From contig JADKKG010000114.1 of NCBI GenBank assembly GCA_016720625.1, positions 1 to 11,120 on the forward strand: 11,120 nucleotides of DNA, in the 5' to 3' direction. Of the stretch, positions 5,841-11,120 are shown in pieces. This stretch comes from Leptospiraceae bacterium (lineage in GTDB: Bacteria; Spirochaetota; Leptospiria; Leptospirales; Leptospiraceae). The notes beneath the pieces were generated by a model. It worked only from the letters and a program-made list of their open reading frames with translations. It had not been told where the DNA came from and ran no database searches. A program made the position numbers and the translations under genes. Each line of letters starts with the position of its first letter. Position 1 is the stretch's first letter.

Positions 5841-7710
5841 GTGCTGCTTCGGATTCTTTGTTTTCCTTGTAGTAATTGTTAATAAAGAATCTAATGTCTA
5901 AAATCATTCCAATATTACCACTTCCCAGGATTGTGCAACCTGAAAAGCCCTTTGTTCCTTTTAAATAATCCGGAATTGGTTTAATTACAACCGATTGATT
6001 TCCTACAATTCCATCAAATACTAGGGCTAGCGAATTATTCTTATACTCCACAATAATTACATATAAAGAATTTTCGTAGTTAGAGTCCTTGTCACTTGAA
6101 TCGTGATTGAGTAATCTCTCTACGGAGACAACGGGTATTAGCTGCTCTCGGAAGCGAATTACTTTTTTGTCCTGATCGATATAGTCGATTTTCGATTCTG
6201 CCAAATTCAGTGTTTCTTTTACGTCTATTGTGGGGATAATATAGAATACCCCGTTGTAGATTACCACCATACCTTCAATGATAGCAATTGTAAGAGGTAG
6301 CTTTAGAATGAACGATGCTCCCTGGTCTTTTTTCGTCTTGATTTCAACATCGCCGTTGATCTTTGCTATATTTCTGCGAACTATATCAAGTCCTACTCCG
6401 CGTCCTGAAATATCAGTTACTCTATCACTAGTCGAGAATCCAGGTTGAAAAATAAAATCCCAAATTCTTTCGTCTTTTAGATTTTCGTCTTCTCCTTCTT
6501 TGATTAATCCGCGAGCCATTGCTTTTTTCAAAATTCTATCTCTATCTAAGCCTGCACCATCATCAGAAATAATAATCCATACTTCATTTCCTGAATGCAT
6601 TGCTTCAATCTTGATATGACCGGATTCTACTTTGCCTTTGGCTAATCTCTCTTTGCCTGTTTCCAATCCATGATCGATACAGTTGCGGATAATATGAACT
6701 AGTGGATCTGTTAATATTTCAAGGGCATTCTTATCAATTTCTGTTTCTTTTCCCGTAACTTGAAGACCCACTTTCTTTCCTGTTTTTTGTGCTAAGTCTC
6801 GAACAAGTCGTTCCATTTTATTAAACAAACCTTCGAGGGTAATCATCCTTAGCTGCAAGGATACTTCTTGTAGATTACGGACTACTTTACGTAAATAGGA
6901 AGATTGAATAGAAAAGTTCGGAAGATCTAGTTCTTTGATGTCTGGATTTTGAGTTACAAGAGATTCAGCTATCACTAGCTCACCAATCATGTCTAGTAGG
7001 TAATCTAATTTCTCTGTTTCGATTCGAATGTCTCTTTTTACTGTAGCTTGTCCATTCGAATTACCGTTATTTGCCTCTATAGTATTTTGAATCTTTTTTT
7101 CTAAAACAGGATTTTCTTGCGTGGCTCTCTCTGTAATATGTTTATCTAACTTATCAGATTCTGAATTTTCCGGAGTAGGGGCAGGTTCATTCGAAACTGG
7201 CAACTCCTTATTATCCTCTTCTGTTATTGGAGTATCAGAAAGCACAATTTTCTTTTTGAAGATTCCAAACCTAGGCTCTTCTTTCTTTGGCTCTGAAGAC
7301 TCTGCTTTTAGATTTTCTTTTATATAGAAGAGTCGGGGAATTAAAGTATCCGCCTTCTCCTTATACATTGTATCTGTTTTGTTTTCGTTGAGATGTGAAA
7401 AAATTTCATATAGAGTATCTCTTGCTTCCATGAAGAGCTGAATCATTTTTTGATCAAGAAGAGAATTGTCATTTCTTACAATCTCTAATAATGATTCTGC
7501 TGAATGCGATAGGTTTACTATCACATTGAAATTGAAAAATCCCGCATTTCCTTTGAGTGTATGGAAATAGCGGAATAATGAATTTACCTTATCTGCGTCA
7601 ACCGTTGACTCAGTTAAACTTTTTTCCAATTGGATCAGAATTGCTTCTGCTTTATCCAATATCTCTTGTGAATCAAGCACAAGGTCTGAAAGTTCATTTT
7701 CTCCAAGCAT
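5830..7710 (-). CDS. cheA: Chemotaxis histidine kinase CheA (P1-HPt, P3 dimerisation, P4 HATPase, P5 CheW-like). The P2 domain is apparently replaced by a low-complexity linker.
   Basis: 626 aa. HPt motif 'FHTLKGNAGFF' with the phospho-His at about residue 50. Dimerisation segment 'LDYLLDMIGELVIAESLV'. Kinase boxes 'HIIRNCIDHGLE', 'DDGAGLD' and 'GRGVGLDIV'. C-terminal CheW-like domain. Residues ~133-226 are an E/K/P/S/N-rich low-complexity stretch with no P2-like fold signature. Confidence 0.95.
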   Translation of the reverse strand: MLGENELSDLVLDSQEILDKAEAILIQLEKSLTESTVDADKVNSLFRYFHTLKGNAGFFNFNVIVNLSHSAESLLEIVRNDNSLLDQKMIQLFMEARDTLYEIFSHLNENKTDTMYKEKADTLIPRLFYIKENLKAESSEPKKEEPRFGIFKKKIVLSDTPITEEDNKELPVSNEPAPTPENSESDKLDKHITERATQENPVLEKKIQNTIEANNGNSNGQATVKRDIRIETEKLDYLLDMIGELVIAESLVTQNPDIKELDLPNFSIQSSYLRKVVRNLQEVSLQLRMITLEGLFNKMERLVRDLAQKTGKKVGLQVTGKETEIDKNALEILTDPLVHIIRNCIDHGLETGKERLAKGKVESGHIKIEAMHSGNEVWIIISDDGAGLDRDRILKKAMARGLIKEGEDENLKDERIWDFIFQPGFSTSDRVTDISGRGVGLDIVRRNIAKINGDVEIKTKKDQGASFILKLPLTIAIIEGMVVIYNGVFYIIPTIDVKETLNLAESKIDYIDQDKKVIRFREQLIPVVSVERLLNHDSSDKDSNYENSLYVIIVEYKNNSLALVFDGIVGNQSVVIKPIPDYLKGTKGFSGCTILGSGNIGMILDIRFFINNYYKENKESEAAHGQ

Positions 7711-7718
7711 TATAGAGC

Positions 7719-8207
7719 CTAAGCAATTCCTTTTACATCTTTCTCATGAATAAACTTATTCAGGTCGATCAATATTTTCAATGTATCGCCTGACTTTCCA
7801 ATGGAATCGACGAATCGTTCCATATTTGCTTCTTCAAATCCTGGTGAGGGCTCAATACAATCTTTTGGAATTTTTAAAACTTCTTTAACTCCATCGACGA
7901 TAAGCCCTGCACTTAGATTGTTAAAATTCATAATCAATATGCAGGTGAATTCGGTATAGTCTATCTTGGGTAAACCGAATCTTAGCCGCACATCAATTAC
8001 GGGAATAATCTTCCCTCGAAGGTTGATTACTCCCTTAACATATTCTGGTAAGTTTGGAACAAAAGTCACAGGTTGAAACGCAATGATTTCAATCAAGTAA
8101 CGAATCTCTATACCATACTCTCTTCCATCGATGAAAAAGATGATATAGAGATCCTCCATAGTATCTTCAGATTCTTCTAATTGTTCTTCTTCAAATGTCG
8201 TTACCAT
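7719..8207 (-). CDS. cheW: Chemotaxis coupling protein CheW.
   Basis: 162 aa. The CheW-like domain pattern is seen throughout (…IEIRYLIEIIAFQPVTFVPNLPEYVKGVINLRGKIIPVIDVRLRFG…LIVDGVKEVLKIP). It sits between the MCP and cheA with 12-bp and 8-bp gaps. Confidence 0.9.
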   Translation of the reverse strand: MVTTFEEEQLEESEDTMEDLYIIFFIDGREYGIEIRYLIEIIAFQPVTFVPNLPEYVKGVINLRGKIIPVIDVRLRFGLPKIDYTEFTCILIMNFNNLSAGLIVDGVKEVLKIPKDCIEPSPGFEEANMERFVDSIGKSGDTLKILIDLNKFIHEKDVKGIA

Positions 8208-8219
8208 ACACTTTACTCC

Positions 8220-11120
8220 TTACTTCAAATCAATTTTTTTCTTTCCGCCAGATTGTTGGTCTCTTCTTTTATCATCTTTTGATTTCTTAATTTGAAATCT
8301 TTTTACCATTGTTTGGAATGCTTCTGCTTGGCTAGACAACTCAAGACTAGCTGCTGAGCTTTCTTCTGCTGTAGCAGCAGCACTCATTGTCACCTGTGAA
8401 ATCTGATTGATACCAGTTGTAGTCTCTACGACCGACGAAGACTGCTCAATCGAAGCACTCGCGATGTCTTTCACTAGCTCTGTAACATCTACAACACCAG
8501 CTGTCATCTTATTCAATTCGTTTGCAGTTCTTCCCGCAATGTCCATACCAGAGCGAACTGTTTTAATCGAGCCTTCAATCATCTTAGTGGTTTCTTTCGC
8601 AGCATTCGCGCTACGAGAAGCGAGATTACGAACTTCTTCCGCCACCACGTTAAATCCTTTTCCATGTTGACCTGCACGGGCAGCTTCCACCGCAGCGTTT
8701 AATGCGAGTATATTTGTTTGGAATGCGATTGCATCAATTTCTTTGATAATCTTCGCAATGTTTTCGGAAGTTTCACTGATTTCTTCCATCGCTTTGAGCA
8801 TTCCCTTCATTTCGTTATTACTAGAAACTGCTTGGTCTTTCACGTTCATAGCTTGGTCACTTGCGTCCTTCGCATTCTTCGCGTTATCCTTAGCTTTGAG
8901 TTCGATTACTGCCAGCGTTGAAGTAATCTCTTCTACGCTACTAGCTTGTTCGTTTGATCCTTGCGAGAGAGATTGGCTGGAGTCAGCCACTTGTCTAGAG
9001 CTAATGAGGATTTGATCCGAAGCATTGATGATTTCACCAATGAGCTCATTGAAGGAATCAACGATGAGAGTGAGTGCTTTTTTAATCTCAGCGAAATCTC
9101 CCATAAAGTCTTTTGTTACTTCAACAGTTAAGTCACCTGCTGACATAGAAGAGAGGATACGCGAAATTTCCCCCACATAATCGTTTAACGTTACCAGACT
9201 TGTATTAAGAGCAGTCTTAATAGTAGCATGATCTCCCTTGTAATCACCGAGCATTCTAGCTTTTAAGTTTCCTTTAGACAATTCTAGCAACACTGCGGAA
9301 GCTTCTTGCACTGGAAGGATAACAGCGTCTAATGTGTTGTTTACCCCATCCACAATCTTACGGAAGTCACCTTGGTGTTTGGTCGCATCTGCACGAGTTG
9401 CAAGCTTACCATCAATAGCCGCTTTCGCAAGCATACCTGCATCAGCCACAAGTGCGTTTACGTTTTCAATACAACGATTAAGGTTGTTCTTTAGAGTGTT
9501 AAAATCCCCATTATAAGTATCCGTAATTTGATTTGGAATTGCACCGCGAGAAATTCTATCTACATAATCAGCAGCAACGTTAAGAGGACCAATCACCGAG
9601 TCTAATGTCTGATTAACTCCTTCCACAATCTTACGATAGTCGCCTTGGTGTTTAGTAGCATCAGCACGAGTTGCAAGCTTACCTTCGATAGCTGCTTTCG
9701 CAAGCATACCGGCATCAGCCACAAGAGCATTTACATTATCAATTGCGTTGTTTAAGTTGTTTTTAATTGTGTTAAAGTCTCCATTGTAAGTATCCGTAAT
9801 CTTAGTCGGAATAGCCCCGCGGGAAATTTTATCTACATAATCCGCGGCAACATTAAGAGGACCTATCACAGAGTCTAACGTCTGGTTAACCCCTTCTACA
9901 ATCTTACGATAATCGCCTTGGTGTTTAGTAGCATCAGCGCGAGTTGCAAGTTTACCTTCTACTGCTGCTTTCGCAAGCATACCGGCATCAGCCACAAGTG
10001 CGTTTACATTATCAATCGCATTGTTTAAGTTGTTCTTAAGAACGTTGAAATCACCGTTGTAAGTGTCAGTAATTTTAGCAGGAATAGCACCACGAGAGAT
10101 TTTATCTACGTAATCAGCAGCAACATTGAGAGGACCGATCACAGAGTCTAACGTCTGATTAACCCCTTCCACAATTTTACGATAGTCGCCTTGGTGTTTA
10201 GTTGCATCCGCACGTGTTGCGAGCTTACCTTCAATAGCTGCTTTCGCGAGCATACCGGCATCAGCCACAAGTGCGTTTACATTATCAATCGCATTGTTTA
10301 AGTTGTTCTTGATAACATTAAAGTCACCGTTATAAGTATCGCTGATCTTTTCAGGGATAGCACCACGAGAGATTTTATCAACATAATCAGCAGCAACGTT
10401 GAGAGGACCGATTACCGAGTCTAACGTCTGATTAACCCCTTCTACAATTCTACGATAGTCACCTTGGTGTTTAGTAGCATCAGCACGTGTTGCAAGCTTA
10501 CCTTCTACTGCTGCTTTCGCAAGCATACCGGCATCAGAGACGAGGTTGCCGATATTATTTTTCATTAGCATCAACCACTCATGAATTTGATCTTGTTCGG
10601 AAGCTTTGTTCATTGTCGCAGTCAAATCACCATTCGATATCTTATTCACATAGGCTACAAGATCAGTAAGCCACAAATGAACTCCGTTGACGGCATCTTT
10701 CATTTTTTGATGATCACCACGACATTCGATCTCCATTCTTTCGCGAAGATTTCCGCCTCTAATAAGTCTTAATACTCTATTTCCTTCCCCTATTGGAATT
10801 AGAATCGCATCGAGCATTGTGTTTACGCCAATTAAAACATCTGCATAGGCACCTTTGAATTGTTCTGGTTTTCCTCTTTCATCTAACATACCTGCTTTAG
10901 AGGCTTCTGTAAGACGAAGTAATTCTTTTTGTAAGGCTTGCAAGACTTGCATAACAGTGATTAAACTCTTTGAGAGTAAATCATTTTCAGAGCGAACATT
11001 TACTTTGACGGAGAGATTTCCTTCAGAAATGGCAACTGCTGCCTCTGCTTGTTGGTTAATCGCATTGATCGCCAAATTGAGGTTATTCTTTAGAGTGTTG
11101 AAATCGCCATTATACGTATC
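8220..11120 (-). CDS. mcp: Methyl-accepting chemotaxis protein with a very long tandem poly-HAMP array and a C-terminal MCP signalling domain (partial; the N-terminus lies beyond the window end).
   Basis: The ORF is open to the window edge. The track's 'M' at 11075 is a TTG inside a HAMP unit, not the real start. The signalling domain shows the hallmark '[37 protein letters not shown]'. Candidate methylation sites are 'SSVEEITST' and 'SIEQSSS'. Upstream are at least ~14 consecutive HAMP-like units (AS1-connector-AS2, e.g. '[18 protein letters not shown]…[19 protein letters not shown]' and '[25 protein letters not shown]'). No transmembrane segment falls in the in-window part. Confidence 0.95.
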   Translation of the reverse strand, partial: DTYNGDFNTLKNNLNLAINAINQQAEAAVAISEGNLSVKVNVRSENDLLSKSLITVMQVLQALQKELLRLTEASKAGMLDERGKPEQFKGAYADVLIGVNTMLDAILIPIGEGNRVLRLIRGGNLRERMEIECRGDHQKMKDAVNGVHLWLTDLVAYVNKISNGDLTATMNKASEQDQIHEWLMLMKNNIGNLVSDAGMLAKAAVEGKLATRADATKHQGDYRRIVEGVNQTLDSVIGPLNVAADYVDKISRGAIPEKISDTYNGDFNVIKNNLNNAIDNVNALVADAGMLAKAAIEGKLATRADATKHQGDYRKIVEGVNQTLDSVIGPLNVAADYVDKISRGAIPAKITDTYNGDFNVLKNNLNNAIDNVNALVADAGMLAKAAVEGKLATRADATKHQGDYRKIVEGVNQTLDSVIGPLNVAADYVDKISRGAIPTKITDTYNGDFNTIKNNLNNAIDNVNALVADAGMLAKAAIEGKLATRADATKHQGDYRKIVEGVNQTLDSVIGPLNVAADYVDRISRGAIPNQITDTYNGDFNTLKNNLNRCIENVNALVADAGMLAKAAIDGKLATRADATKHQGDFRKIVDGVNNTLDAVILPVQEASAVLLELSKGNLKARMLGDYKGDHATIKTALNTSLVTLNDYVGEISRILSSMSAGDLTVEVTKDFMGDFAEIKKALTLIVDSFNELIGEIINASDQILISSRQVADSSQSLSQGSNEQASSVEEITSTLAVIELKAKDNAKNAKDASDQAMNVKDQAVSSNNEMKGMLKAMEEISETSENIAKIIKEIDAIAFQTNILALNAAVEAARAGQHGKGFNVVAEEVRNLASRSANAAKETTKMIEGSIKTVRSGMDIAGRTANELNKMTAGVVDVTELVKDIASASIEQSSSVVETTTGINQISQVTMSAAATAEESSAASLELSSQAEAFQTMVKRFQIKKSKDDKRRDQQSGGKKKIDLK
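9171..10535 (-). repeat. Tandem 273-bp (91-aa) direct repeats inside the MCP coding sequence. There are four near-identical protein copies plus one half-diverged copy, and each unit encodes two HAMP domains (di-HAMP module). More diverged HAMP units continue to the window end.
   Basis: The marker 'gaggacc…tctaa(t/c)gtctg(a/g)ttaac' recurs at 9584, 9857, 10130 and 10403, an exact 273-bp period. The proteins are ~95% identical ([10 protein letters not shown][IV][80 protein letters not shown]). DNA copies are only ~85-90% identical by eye, mostly at synonymous positions. Confidence 0.9.

Noticed and set aside
9171-10535. Regular 273-bp repeats considered as CRISPR array, satellite or mobile-element termini
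   Set aside because: The period is an exact multiple of 3. The units are in-frame and encode conserved HAMP helices in a continuous ORF, and there are no spacer-like unique segments. This is an intragenic coding repeat, not CRISPR or an IS.
11073-11075. Track-proposed start (TTG read as Met) for the MCP at 11075
   Set aside because: The reading frame stays open upstream to the window edge and the preceding residues (…[15 protein letters not shown]) are part of a HAMP unit. The real start lies beyond 11120.

Overview
Low-GC (about 37% by eye) bacterial window in which every supportable gene lies on the minus strand. From high to low coordinates it holds a tightly packed chemotaxis operon followed by a vault-like locus. 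The operon is a methyl-accepting chemoreceptor (N-terminus runs off the window end at 11120) with an exceptionally long tandem poly-HAMP array encoded by 273-bp DNA repeats, then cheW, cheA (no P2 domain), cheB, an atypical receiver-like/GHKL histidine-kinase-like protein, and a CheY-like regulator. Gene junctions overlap or sit 8-18 bp apart. After a 96-bp AT-rich intergenic region comes a eukaryote-type major vault protein (MVP) homolog. This is very rare in bacteria. It is split into two ORFs (481 aa of MVP repeats, then 343 aa of shoulder/SPFH and cap-helix) by a single-base frameshift in a T4 run. It is followed 28 bp downstream by the N-terminus of a MASE1-type membrane sensor that runs off the window start. 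The overall flavour (codon usage, multiple che genes, a single extra ORF between cheB and cheY) resembles a Leptospira-like spirochaete, but this cannot be confirmed without a search. All plus-strand ORFs in the track look like antisense shadows.
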